A stretch of 64,000 nt of DNA from Vicugna vicugna (Eukaryota), in contig MU058452.1 of NCBI GenBank assembly GCA_013265495.1, positions 124,001-188,000 on the forward strand, written 5' to 3'. The notes beneath the pieces were generated by a model that was not told the origin of the DNA, made no database searches, and saw nothing but the letters and a program-made list of their open reading frames with translations. Of the stretch, positions 37,900 through 50,125 are shown one piece after another; within the stretch, counting starts at the first letter, position 1; each line of letters starts with the position of its first letter. A program made the position numbers and the translations under genes.

Positions 37900-38090
37900 G
37901 GGGGTAGATGTAGCTTTGACACATGGCTCTGTCACTTTTTAATTGTATGATCTTGGAGAAATTACTTAACTTTTATGTTCAGGTTAGTCTCCTAATTGAA
38001 AAGAAAATGAATAATAATTCTCATCTTTTTGGGGTATCTTGGGATTCAGTAAGATAAGCTGCAAAACTAGAACACTCTAACCTACAACCT
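37900..38090 (+). mobile_element. MIR SINE, degenerate
   Basis: 'tggctctgtcactttttaattgtatgatcttggagaaattacttaac'. Confidence 0.55.
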
Positions 38091-38132
38091 ATAATATTAT
38101 TTTCATAGGCCTAAGGGTTATAAATTTCATTT

Positions 38133-38143
<11 letters not shown>

Positions 38144-38168
<25 letters not shown>
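38144..38168. repeat. (CA)n microsatellite
   Basis: Dinucleotide run. Confidence 0.9.
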
Positions 38169-38323
38169 TGTATATTTATATGTATGTGTGGTCTGGGCTC
38201 CTAATTGGTTCTCCTTCTACTACGATTCAAAATTATTTATAACCAATCTCATTTTCTACCTTAATTCCCTCATTCACAAATTCTATCATGTGGGCCTCTT
38301 TTCTCTTTCTTAATCAAAAAAAA

Positions 38324-38385
38324 AGTGGTAAATGGTTGATTTTTTAATGACCATTTAATGACTTTTTAATCAACCATTTACCACT
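38324..38385. repeat. Perfect 18-bp inverted repeat with 26-nt spacer
   Basis: agtggtaaatggttgatt (38324-38341) is the exact reverse complement of aatcaaccatttaccact (38368-38385). Confidence 0.95.
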
Positions 38386-38389
38386 CCGT

Positions 38390-38780
38390 GGACTTCTCAC
38401 TTTTCCTCTCCCAGGAATGTTCTTAGCCCAATGCTTAATGTGGCTGAATCCTTCCCACCCATTAGGATGCAGGTCAAAATCACCTTCTCCAAGAGGCTTC
38501 CGTGGACCACCACATCTAACCTAGTTTCACTTCTGTCCCTCTTCATCACATCACATCACATCACATCACATCACATCACATCACATCACATATCACGTTA
38601 TTGTAGCACTTAATATGATCTGAAATTTATATTAAGATATTTATTACCTGTCCCTTTCTCACTTAGACTGTAAGTACCAGGATGGCAATGGTCAATTTCT
38701 TGAACACCGTCCTATCCACAGCAGCTAGCATCATGCCAAGGTATAATAGTTGCTCAATAAATCTTTGTTGCATGAGTAGA
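38390..38780 (+). mobile_element. L2 3' end containing a (CATCA)n run
   Basis: 'caggtcaaaatcaccttctccaagaggcttcc...ttagactgtaagtaccagg...gctcaataaatctttgttgcatgag'. Confidence 0.7.
38544..38590. repeat. (CATCA)~9 pentanucleotide microsatellite
   Basis: Perfect tandem run. Confidence 0.95.
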
Positions 38781-39407
38781 TGCTTTTTGACTTAGACTAC
38801 TGATTTCTCTTGACCCATATTTGCCTCTGCCTCTCTTTCTTTCCAAGAACACTCATACGAGGGCTACTGTTTTCAGAGCAGGATGTCACTGACTTGGGTT
38901 TCAGAGATCAGCAAGGAGGCCTGGTTCCAGCTCTGGGATTCATTTGGGAGGAGACAGGATACAAGGACCAACACGGCAAGTGATGAAGGGCACCCAGGCT
39001 CAGGGGCTGTGCAAAGCTGCACCGAGGGGTTGCTCTCTGAGCTCAGGCTTGGCCTTCAAGGATGACAGAGCCCTTCATGGTAACGAAGGGCAGCAGAAGG
39101 GATTTTTTTGAACTGAGGGAAGTATGGGAGTAACTAATCACATGGCTGCAGGAAAGAAAAGTAGGGTGTATTGGGGCCATGATTTGTTTGGTGTGGATGG
39201 AGTGTGAGCTGGGAGGAGGGGCAGATGCGTTTGCATAGTTGGTGTGGTGTTCTTCACAAAATACCTTGAATGCTGGACTCAGGAGGCTGTTTTTATGCAG
39301 TGGGCACTGGGAGATCCTGGACACTTGTTCCTCTGATTCCTTTCCCTGGAGTGTGCCTTTTTTTCTGTTTTTTTTTCTTGCCACAAATTTTACGCCTTCT
39401 CTCACTT

Positions 39408-39575
39408 TGGGAACTATATTTAATATCTTGTAGTCTATAATGAAAAAGAACATGAAAAGGAATATATGTATGTGTATGTTTGACTGAAACATGATGCTGT
39501 ACACCAGAAACTGACACAGCATTGTAAACTGACTACACTTCCATGAAAAAAGAAAAAAAAAAGAAAGAAAAAAAT
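39408..39575 (+). mobile_element. Truncated camelid-type L1 3' tail
   Basis: 'gggaactatatttaatatcttgtag...gctgtacaccagaaactgacacagcattgtaaactgactacacttc' plus an A tail. Confidence 0.85.
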
Positions 39576-39600
39576 CTTCCTCGTTTCTGTTGGTCTATAG

Positions 39601-39811
39601 CAGCGGTTCACAATGGGGGTGATCTTGTCAATCAAGGGACACTTAGTAATCCCTCGAGACATTTTTGCTTGTTACAACTAAAGTGGAGTCCGGGCATCTT
39701 GTCAGGAGAGCCCAGAGATGCTGCTACACTTTCCATGATGCACAGGACAGTCCCCCCGACCAAGAATTATCCAGTCCAAAATATTAATAGTGTCAAGGTT
39801 GAAAAATTCTG
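39601..39811 (+). mobile_element. MER20 hAT-Charlie DNA transposon
   Basis: CAG...CTG ends, 'atgcacaggacagtccccccgaccaagaattatccagtccaaaatattaatagtgtcaaggttgaaaaa', and a degenerate 8-bp TSD gtctatag/atctgtag. Confidence 0.9.
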
Positions 39812-40427
39812 ATCTGTAGAGATTCATGCTCTCAGTTCAGTCTGCCCGTCTTCATTCTATCTTGCCTTGTATAATTGTTTAATAGTGGACCAGGGACCAT
39901 GCCTCTTCCCTTTGAGTCCTCAGCACAGAGAACCATCCCCAAGACTTCGTATTCAATGTACACTGTGCACTTACAGACGAGGGATGGCAGTGCACCTGCT
40001 TCTGTCTCAGTGGTGTTCTCTGAGGATGGAAACTGTCTTTATATGACTCATAATTAGCACTTAGTAAGTCCTGGGTGACAGTCGCTGCGTATTTGAATAT
40101 TTTGTCAAAGAACCAAACACAAAGCTGAAAAACAGAAGTTCTGCTACCAAGTACGTACTGTGTATCCAGAGGAGGATTTTTTTTTTAAAGATCTTCTCTT
40201 TCTCCCTTGATGTTTTTCTTCCTCACAATAACAACAGGATACCTTGAGTACTCATGGGTAAGAGATAAACCTAGAGCACCCTGTACCAGATTCTCTATAG
40301 AGCATGATTTAACTAAAGAATAACGCAATGATACTTGCTAGTCTGGTACCTACAGAGAGTTGAGAGGTGGCTCTGACCATCACTTGGGAAACTTCAGTCT
40401 GGCCACATGTGTCTGAAGAAGGGCTGC

Positions 40428-40452
40428 AGAGAGAGAGAGAGAGAGAGAGAGA
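40428..40452. repeat. (GA)n microsatellite
   Basis: Dinucleotide run. Confidence 0.9.
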
Positions 40453-42454
40453 CAGTCCTCCACAGAGTAAATATGGCAGCCTGGTAGGGTACGGGCTTGG
40501 AAAGACATGGACGTCCTCTCATAACTTCGGGGACTCACTGAAACTGCCCCAAGACAAAACTGGGGTGGCCTCTCCTTTCAATGACACATGCATTCTAGGT
40601 CACAGGGGAAAAAAATCACCACCAACAAAAATAAGCTCCAGACAGACACGATCCTGCTTACCAAAGAAGTCTCTGGATTGTCAATCAGTTATCAGGAATT
40701 TCCTTGCGAGACCAGGTAAAGAGTTTGTTGATGGAAAGGAGGTGGAAGGCAGGGTGATGGAAGAGGGTTGGACCGATGGGAAAAGCTCACTGTGACCAGT
40801 TCTCACCCTAGAGAATTTTCTGTACAGAGAGGTAAGTATCAGCTGTCTGAATGGAATCTCCTCTGGGGCCACGAAAGCAGTGAGTGTTCATTATATGATG
40901 AAAGGCTGGCAGGAATGTCAGATGCTATAGTTGCCAACAAAACTTCTGTAATGGGAATTAGCAATAACAAGGAACACTTACAAGATAAATGGTTTATTGG
41001 CATAAATTGCAAAAAGTCCACCTCGTCATGGAGCTTGAATACTGGGGGACATGGAGATGGTCTGGAGCGATATGACATTCTATCTTATTCAGTGGACTCT
41101 GTCCAAGCTAATCCTCTTTGCCATCCTCTCCCGGACTGGTTGTCAGCTCCTGGGCTAGCTTCTGAGCTCCAGGCCCGAAGAGCTGGTGTAATATTTCTCC
41201 AGGCTAACCTCTGGGTGGTCTTGTCTTTTGCAGAGAGAAAAGCAGATAGCAGGAGGCTTTCCAGATTGCTCTTCCAAGCAACAGTCTTCAAAGGAAAATG
41301 ACCCACCTGGAAGACGGACAAGACATTTCCAAGAGGCAGAGGGAGGCAGAATCCTGCGGTCAGAAAAGCCCGGGACGGAAGACCTGCCCACGTAACAGAT
41401 AACTGTGCTACTGCGCCGGCTTCCACTTTGGGCTGGAAAGATAACTTTTTGTATGTCAATTCCTCTGCATTTCTTTCACATGAAGTCTATCAGCGGAGGA
41501 AGAGAAAAGAAAATCGCTGTGTCTAAAATTCAAACTGCTTGGAGTTTGGATGCCCTGAACGACATATGATTTTTAGCTTTTAAAGGTTGCTTTTGTTTCT
41601 CTTCAAATACTGTTGGCCTCATGTCAGAGGACAGATGTTAATTTTGTGAACTGTTTGGTCCCGAAAAAAAGATTTCCAAGTTTCTTTGGGTCTTTCAAAT
41701 ACAGAGCCACACACACTGCCTGGAATAAAACAATTCTGAGCCTCTTTAAACTGAATCAAATTATCAGTCACTCTATATTGATAAACTCCCATATCCACTT
41801 TGGAAGTGTAACATATGACTAGCATTCCCCTAGGATTCTGGACCAGTATAATGGAGACAGTGAAACTCTTAGCACCAGTGTGGGTAACGGTCCCTTATTC
41901 AGCCATTTATTACATGTGGAGCGTGATGGCATCAGGCACCATGACACACAGTCGCTGCCACAGACTGACTTTTTACAACTGGGTGAAGACGTGGGGATAA
42001 GGAAAAAGGGAAATAATTACATTAACTACAGAGCAGGAGCTTCCAGTAACTTTTCTTCTTGCTATAGATATTCCCAGTATGCAGGTCAATATAAAAATCC
42101 CTTTGTTTCAAAGCAATCCAGATGAGAGTGGGTCAGTGGGAAGTTTAAGGTCCTGTCCTCAGCGGAGAGGAGGTTCAGATGGCTAACTCTGTGTCTGTGG
42201 TTCTGCGCCCCGTTTCGGTACTTCTCGGACTCACCATCAGGCTTTAACTGACTTTGTTTGGAAAAAAACATCTCTGTCTTAGACGAAATGGCCCTGATTT
42301 TTCCCTCGCTGCTGGCTTTTAATGCTGGCTTACGTTGTATCCTGGGACTTTCACACCAGTGTCATGCTGGTTATGGTGGCAGGTGGTGACACTGGTGCTG
42401 GAGGTGCAGGGCATGCTGGAAGAAACTTGAGGAATGAAATAAAAAAAAAAAACT

Positions 42455-42562
42455 TCCAATGGGCTTATTGGAAGGATTGAACTGTGGAAACCCATGTAAC
42501 GTGCTCAGTACAGTATCTGGCAGGTCGTATGCTCCACAAATGTTATCTTTGGTGTTTATTAA
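42455..42562 (+). mobile_element. MIR 3' half
   Basis: 'ggaaggattgaactgtggaaacccatgtaacgtgctcagtacagtatctggcaggtcgtatgctcc'. Confidence 0.65.
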
Positions 42563-43219
42563 CACAGAGCAAGAGCTCTAGAGATTTCAGAATCAAGATT
42601 TTCTAATCAAAGTACACATCTAATCATTTTAGGTGACTTGGGGAAAAGGAGATGTCTCAGATTAAACAGCAAAAGGCAATAATTCTGGCTTAAGATGGTC
42701 ACCAAGAAAGAGAGAATATGAATGGACGGGGACCTTCTCCAGGCTTGAGATCATGATCGTGTTTCACATGAGGAGGATGGTTTCCCAAGCTATCAACTGG
42801 TGTTCAATCCAAGCGTCCATCATAATATTATTGAGCTCTTTAGAAGGATTTCACTCTTCAAGGAAAATGAAGATGACACACAGATGTAGCAAGTCCTGTG
42901 AAGAGTCTAAAAATGATGTGTCTCCAGCTCAGGAGAAATGTCACAATGACAGTGTGAGTGTGGCCAGCTTTCTGTCCCCTGACCAGGTGGCTTGTGGAAG
43001 GACGCTATCAGACAGGCTGGTAAGAGGGAGAAATAACCAACCTCCCAAAGAGACGGAGGAATCTTGTTTATCAAATGCTGTTTGTGAGAACTAGCTGGCT
43101 CTTCAAACACAGTACCTCAGTGGTACCCTTGTTAGAGACGTTATGCATCGTAAAACAATCTGGCTTTCATTTGGAAAGTGTGAGGCTACCATGATATGTT
43201 TTCATGAACTTTTCACTCT

Positions 43220-43329
43220 AAAAAAGTATGAAAACAAATATATGTATGTACACGCATGACTGGGACATTTGGCTGTGCACCAGAAATTGACACATTTGTA
43301 ACTGACAATACTTCCATTTAAAATAAAAA
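43220..43329 (+). mobile_element. ~100-bp L1 3' tail (camelid-type)
   Basis: 'gtatgaaaacaaatatatgtatgtacacgcatgactgggacatttggctgtgcaccagaaattgacac'. Partial TSD gaactttt at 43206 and 43330. Confidence 0.8.
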
Positions 43330-43544
43330 GAACTTTTTGCTTTAATGTCAGTGAAGGATGCTAACTCTGGGGTTCTAATCAAGACCGTAAGTGAGTTACT
43401 GTGTGCCTCATTTCTAATGACACAGTGGTCATTTCCCTTTCTCCACCCACCCATCCAAATTGAACTGCTTGAGAATGGTATGTGTCATTTATTAAAGTTC
43501 ATGGAATCCTTCTAAGGAGCTCTGATCATTAGGAGTGAGCACTG

Positions 43545-44040
43545 CTGTTTCATTCATCAGTGACCATGCTCTTAGTTCCATACGTGTTTCTCCTTGTCTA
43601 CTATTTGTAAGGTCCTGGGGTTGGCCTTGTATGGACTACACTGGGGTAGTATCCATACTCTGGGACTTCATAGTCTAGGAAAAAAATAAAACAACACCAT
43701 ACATATAACACCGTGTGAGCTAAATAATTCAAGTCAGGTAAATGGAAAGTTCTTAGAGTGTTGAGAAAAAATAAAAAAAGAAGTCCCAGAATAAACTGCC
43801 TGATCTAACCCATTACAATGAATATTGCTGGTACCCAGAATGTCCAAGCACCATGGCCAGGGGTCTAGATGTACTTGGCACAGTCCTAGGCATTTGGAAA
43901 TCATCAGGGAAAAAAAAAAATAAGATGAAGAGTTTTGTTCTCATGGTTCTTAAATTCCTGTGGGAGATGAGCCTAGGGAATAGGAAGTGACCAACACTCA
44001 TAAAAAAATTATTTCTGATCTTGGTGGAAGAAAACAATAG
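43545..44040 (-). mobile_element. L2 fragments
   Basis: 'ttcattcatc...tctactatttgtaaggtcctgggg...gacttcatagtctagg' and 'gttctcatggttcttaaattcctgtgggaga'. Confidence 0.45.
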
Positions 44041-44440
44041 GGGAAAAACAGGAAAGCTTTTCTCCAGGAGCTGCTTAATCTCCTTGGACTGGCATCATTT
44101 GTCTGGCCGGCCAAGCAGTAATGATCCTGCGCATGCCACCCTCTGCTAGGTTAGGGCTAGAAATAAAAAAGTACTCGTGGAATAAACTGATAGGTGATTG
44201 GACTATTTTATCTGGAAATACAGCCATCGGGATGGATGCTCTTTGGTGATTTGTGAATTACAAATAGACTGTTAATTGGCAGAGATCCTCACATATACAT
44301 GTACGTATGCATATATGTCTAAATCATGAGGCTTCTGCATCTAGGTCCAGAAAAATGAGAAAATCACTATGTTAACAACATACTTAGAGGAACACCCAAC
44401 AGGGTACAGATTCTGGCTTTGTCCAATCATGAAAGTCGGG

Positions 44441-44569
44441 TTGACAATTTCTGATGAAACTGACCAGAGGGTCTAAGTCTAACACCTGGCCAGTTCAGTC
44501 AAAAATGTCAAAAATTCTGTGACAGAATTGACAGGTGGTTAGACCGACCGACTGGTCAGTTCCATCAGA
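44441..44569. other. Nested imperfect palindrome, probably an ancient non-autonomous DNA element (MER136-like, tentative)
   Basis: Four copies of a ~16-bp motif (consensus TGACGGAACTGACCAG) in alternating orientation; see findings. Confidence 0.6.
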
Positions 44570-47500
44570 GCAGGAGAACCATCTGTGCTTGCAGATACAT
44601 TTCAGACCCAATATAGAAAAAGAGAATTTGGGGAATTAGCACAGGAGTCTTCTCCTTGAGGACATTCTGACTCAGCGGATGGGGAGTAAGTCACCATTTT
44701 CTAATACCAGTTCATATCAATGGCAAGTTCAAGTCATAGCACTACCTAAAAAAAAAAAAAAAGTCTGCAACCATCACTGAAATAAATCAGTGCTGCTCTT
44801 TGTGGCTGTCCTGACCCCCTGTATTGTTGACAACAATGACTTAGTTTTTTGCACTCTCCTAATAAAACCCAACTATCCAGGGGTCCAGTTTCGATGCTTC
44901 TGTTTTACCACAAATGGATTCCCATGAGAGTGATATTGAGGAGTTTGGACAAAAGAAATGTCTATTTTAATAAAAATGTAATAAACATTGTAATAACCAC
45001 AGCATTTCATCCTCACGGGTTGAGGAGAAAAATGTCCACTTTCAATATTTTCAACTCAGCACTGTCTCTCCTTAGAATGGCAATTTCTTGACGACAGAAG
45101 GAAGGCTTTTAGAATAAAAATCTGGGACTTAAAAGAAGCTAAATATGCTTAAGTTCATCCTTTATTGTATGTTTCCTAGGAAGACAGACAAGGGTGGAGG
45201 AATATCCTCCCAATTTCTGGTTAGTTGTCCCTGTTGGGATTTAGCCTATGGGGACGAGGATGAATCTTAAGAAAGCATCATGATAGCCCAGAGAATCCTT
45301 CTCGGACCCCCATAGGCAGGAGATATGTGCGTTGCATAAAGTCTGCAACATTAAGAGACCAAAAGAGCCCGCCAGCCTCTCCCACGGTCTTAAGTTAACA
45401 CTTGCCTTTGTGCAACCCACTCCTCTCTGAACTTGAAATCCAACTGGCCAACAATTAAAGCCAATTAGCACGTGAGGAAAATAAACCAAAGACTCTCCCT
45501 TCGGCGTTTTCCAGGGCTGACAGAAAGCTAGTTAGCTCAAGGCATTAGCATGGGTGTGTATCAGGCCGGCCGTGTAACAGACACTAGTTGGCTTAAAGTA
45601 TTAGAAGAGCCGGGTAGCGGCTGGCGCCCAGAACCGTGTTATTCTGAGCTAACAGCTGCCAAACATTCTTGACAGGAGATGGGGGCAGATGTCCAAGGAC
45701 AATCAAAGGGAGAAGCAAGTTTAAGCCAACGTTTGCCTATCTCATATTCTCGGCATGATCCTCAGCCTCAAAGACGGTGCACAGCTGCTGCCCTTCAAGG
45801 TCGGAGGGCTGCTCCCCGCCCCCAGCCTCCCCCACACCTCCTGCTCGTTCTCTGAGTGCGGGGTTCAGCCTCCCAGGCAAGCCCCCCACCCCCCCCCCTA
45901 CGGGTCTTCTCAGCAACTGTTCGATCTTCTTGAACGCTCAGAATGTTGGGGTCAAGATTCCGTAGTATGTGGTGATGGTAGGACCGGGGACTTCAAAACC
46001 ATCTCTGCAGGTCAACCCCAAGCAGGGCCACTTCTCAAGAGATGAGACGTGCCTGGCCACAGCAGCATGTGCTCAGAGGTGAGAAATCATCGGTTCAAAT
46101 ACAAAGTGAACAGAAGAGGAACAATCCATGTGAAATCTGAATGTTGCGGATTTACTCTCAAAGCTGGGGACATTTTCTCTCGTTGTTTAAAGAACATTAA
46201 AGAATCTGGCAGTGCTTATCTACTGAAATCCTTTATTGCTGTACTTTGCACAGCGTGTCAAAAACAGACATCTCTTTCCCGTGGTTAAGCAGCATCGGGG
46301 GTGAATTAAACAGTGGGATCTTCTTAAATGAGGAACCTGTCATTGTCAAAATTATGACACATCCCACGTTGTTCCGCCGAGGAGGCACAGCTCAAATTTT
46401 ATGTTTAAATTTTTTGTGTGTTTGTTTTTAAACTTTCCCTTGGAGGATCTTGTTGGGAGAATGAAATGCTCTGTGGTATTTTGCAGGTCCCATCATTTCT
46501 GAGAAGTGATATGCACTTATCATATTGAATGATAACTATGTGATCAACACATCAACCCTCATTCCACCCCGTGTCCCTGAGTCTCTGGACAGGTGTGCTG
46601 TCTTGTGTATATTTGTGTCCCCAGGGCCAGGACATAATACATGCTCAATGTGTTTACTGAACAAAAAAAGTGAAATACATGAAAAATCGAATAGACAGAC
46701 TCACATGGCAAACCCATCGAAAATACCTCCAAATAAAACTCCTGTAGTTGAGTTACATATAGAAACAGTGAGAACGCTATCTTTTGAGTGGATTAACCTG
46801 AAAAGAACTCAGTATGAAATAGTTTCTTTTAAAAGCACTAATTAGTTTGGAGCGCTTTTATTTCAACAAAAATATCTATTTAAAAATACCGATTGGAATG
46901 AGAGAGGGTTTTAAAAATTACATCTATTTCTACCCCGACAACTAATTACGGGGATAACTTTCACACACACTCCCATTGCAGGTGCAAATATTTAATTGTG
47001 TGTGCAAGCCAGGTGGTGAGGTGGCTCCTTTACTACGTGTTCAATTGTTTCTGTTTTAGTTACCCCTTCAATTAGCCGTGGGTGCAAAAAACAGAGACCG
47101 AGCTGAGGCCCTATTAAAACGAGGCCTATATGTTCCACAGCCTTTTATCTGTGAGGGGGAAGGGGCTGTGCATTTTGCATTTTATTTCAGTTGCTCCTGG
47201 CTGGGGCCCCGGGGAGTCACTTCGGCGAGCTAGTTAGCCAACAGCAGCTGGACTTTGCCTGATAAGAATTACACACAGTTGCCTAGAAAAATGGTCTGCT
47301 CCCCTCCACGAGTTTGGGCATTAAACCAGGATCTCTATTAAGAGCTACATGGCTGGCTTATTCGGAAGGTACTTGAAAATCATGTGAAGTTTTTTTTTTT
47401 TTTTTTCCCCTGTGAGATCAGAACAGAAGGGTTTGAACAGGCTTTCTGGATTGAACAGTCTTTATTCCTTTCACAGTCCCCATCATCCGCTGAGATTTTA

Positions 47501-47699
47501 AGTAACCGAATAGGTGCCTGTCTGAAAGAAAGAGACACTCTTTGAGCTATTGATTCTTTAATGCAAACATTCACACGGTTATTTTGTGAGATAAAACGGT
47601 GATACGTAATTCTGTCTGAGAATCTACAGGGTTAAAATTTGACCAAAGCTGAGATTATAAAATAATCAACTTGACGCTGAGTTTGCTGTACATTTGGGA

Positions 47700-47905
47700 A
47701 GGGACTGGAGTGACTACAAGAGCAGAAATTTGGAACTGAGGGCTCTGATTTACACTTCTTCTTCCCTCGCTGTGTGACTTCAGACATGTTACTTAACTTC
47801 TCTGATGATCTGTTTCCTCCCTGGTAAAGTGGGGCCACTGATGTCTACATCACAGGGCTGTGTGAGGGCAAGGGAAGATGGACTTAAAGTACCTTATAGA
47901 GCTCT
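47700..47905 (+). mobile_element. MIR SINE
   Basis: 'ctgtgtgacttcagacatgttacttaacttctctgatgatctgtttcctccctggtaaagtgggg...tctacatcacagggctgtgtgagg'. Confidence 0.75.
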
Positions 47906-48411
47906 AAGTCTGGGAGGCGTGTTCCACAGAGAGAACTCCTTTGCGTCTCTCAGGAGGAAAAAGAATGTTGAGGAAATTTCTGTTCAGCTCTAAGTGCGGG
48001 ACTTCGGGGAGGGAACAGCCAGACATCCTAGACATATATCCAATTTTTACCCTTCAAAAGTTGATGACCACGTTCATGTCTTCAGTGATGTATTATTGGA
48101 TTTTCAGCTACAGCCATAAATCACAGCCCTCTAAATCTGAATGTTTATATTTTTAGGGAACTTAAATATGTTTCAATAATCTGGCATCATTCTATTTTAA
48201 AAATTTTTCCTCTGTCACCCCTGTCTGCTCATTCTTTGGGGAATGTAGATTTTAAAAATATTGGGTTTAAATGTTTCTTAATAATTCATATATTTTTGCC
48301 TAGTTTTGAATCTTGTTGTTTATTTATAGTTGTTGACTTCTTATGGTGTTTACAGGGCGTTGTGTATCAGAAGTGATCTGAAGCTGTGTCTTCAAGTCCA
48401 AGGTGGCTAGT

Positions 48412-48413
<2 letters not shown>

Positions 48414-48443
<30 letters not shown>
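48414..48443. repeat. (CA)n microsatellite
   Basis: Dinucleotide run. Confidence 0.95.
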
Positions 48444-48445
<2 letters not shown>

Positions 48446-50027
48446 ACATACCACCCACGCTTTCCTGGGCTTTTCAGTAATGCATCGTGATATCTTAGAT
48501 ACATGAGTGTGAAGCTTATTGGACAGGAAAGGCTTGGCCTGAGCACAGAGATTGTGAGAATGCTAACATTAGGTTGCCAAAGGACTATGACATCATTAAT
48601 AATACGTGATTTGCTGTGACATGCTGGGATGACCAAAGAAGTGTGTCTACCATCTAGGAAATTAATGATGGCGCCTCCATTCGAATTCTGGGTAGTGATT
48701 CTCACTGCTGGACTTGGATGTACTGGGGAGGGCAGTATGAATCCTTCTCTGAGCCCTTGCTCTTTCTCTGGCCAGAGATGATCTCAGTGAAGGAGATTCA
48801 AATTCAGAAAAAGAAAAAAAATTGACTTACATGATACTTTCAAATTGGAGGTAAAATTTGGGGTAAAGGCGTTCTTCTTGGAAGGAATTCCAATTCCTCT
48901 TGACCTCCTCATCTTCCCTCTGGGATGGGGAAGGGTGAAGTGTCACTGCTGCTGTAACGAAGACCCAGACTCCCGCGCTGAGGCACTGCCCAGGACCTGC
49001 GACTCACTGGGAAGTGTGGTGAACCGACTACTCACCAAACAGCGTGAGCCGCGATTCCCATCCATCCTCCCTCCACTGTCCTTTGGAATTTGACAGCTCC
49101 TTTCTGGTGCTCGGGGGTGGCAAGAGTGAAGCCCATTTAGAAAACCTCTGGGAGTTCGTGTTGAGGTCTGCAGGTACAGGAAAATTTAATCTGCTCCCAA
49201 CATTATTTTTCGGTCCTAATTGTATACCATTGACAGCACTTCCAGATGATAAAGACAGAGCATAGAAAACCACTGTCACTTTGAACATAAAAGCATAATC
49301 AATAATAATAATGTTATCATTGCTATTAACTATTTATTATGGATTGCCATGGGCCAGGCACTGGCCTGGATGTTTGCATATATCTTTTAACTTATGTCTG
49401 AATTAAAAGTCTTATTTTTGAATATTTAAAGTCAAACTTCCACCTCGCTTATGGTGGGAAACTCGATCTCTACCCCCCAAAATCTCAGCAGCTCCTCTGG
49501 TCACTTCAGCTCTGGTCCAATGCTGACTTTTCTGGGACTCTGCCTCTCTCTAGCATCTCACCTCCTGGGGCTTTTCCCTCCGCTCCACAGTGACACAAGC
49601 AGGGACCGTCTCTTTGCATGATTTTTCTAAACACCACTTGCATGAAGCATCTGTGTACGTGGCAAACTTTAAGACGTTGGAAGCCAAGGGTTGTGTGTCC
49701 CAGCAGAGCAAAGAACTCAAAACGTAATGTTGGGCATTCCCACCTCCGCGAGGGTCTCTGGCCACCCTCGCTGACTCATTCCTCGCCTCACACCCCAGCT
49801 TTGAGAGCAGCTCTCCTGTCACAGTGAACTACGGCTCTCGGTAAGCGGCGCTGTCCTTCCTGACAGAGCATGAGTGGGAGGGAGGTGGATTCTGAAGGAC
49901 TCACCTAGCACCTCGAGGTCACAGAAAGGGAAAGGTTGGCAGAGACGAGCAGAGATGTCCTTTATCAGATACACAAGGCGTAGTGAAGGGAGAACTTCAA
50001 ACCAGGATTTCTCCTTCTAGAAGTCTG

Positions 50028-50125
50028 CTGTCAACATTGTACTTCGAGTGAACTGTACACTTAACTGTTTGTTACAAGAGTAGGTCTCATGTTCTGTGTT
50101 CTTACCACAATCAAAACAAAGCAGA
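50028..50125 (+). mobile_element. Short L1MA-type 3' UTR fragment
   Basis: 'gtacacttaactgtttgttacaagagtaggtctcatgttctgtgttcttaccacaa'. Confidence 0.55.

Noticed and set aside
38544..38590. Regular short repeat array
   Set aside because: A simple pentanucleotide microsatellite with no spacers, so not CRISPR-like.
40768..41301. Longest ORF (177 aa)
   Set aside because: No recognisable domain or protein family and no clear exon structure. This length can arise by chance in 64 kb across six frames.
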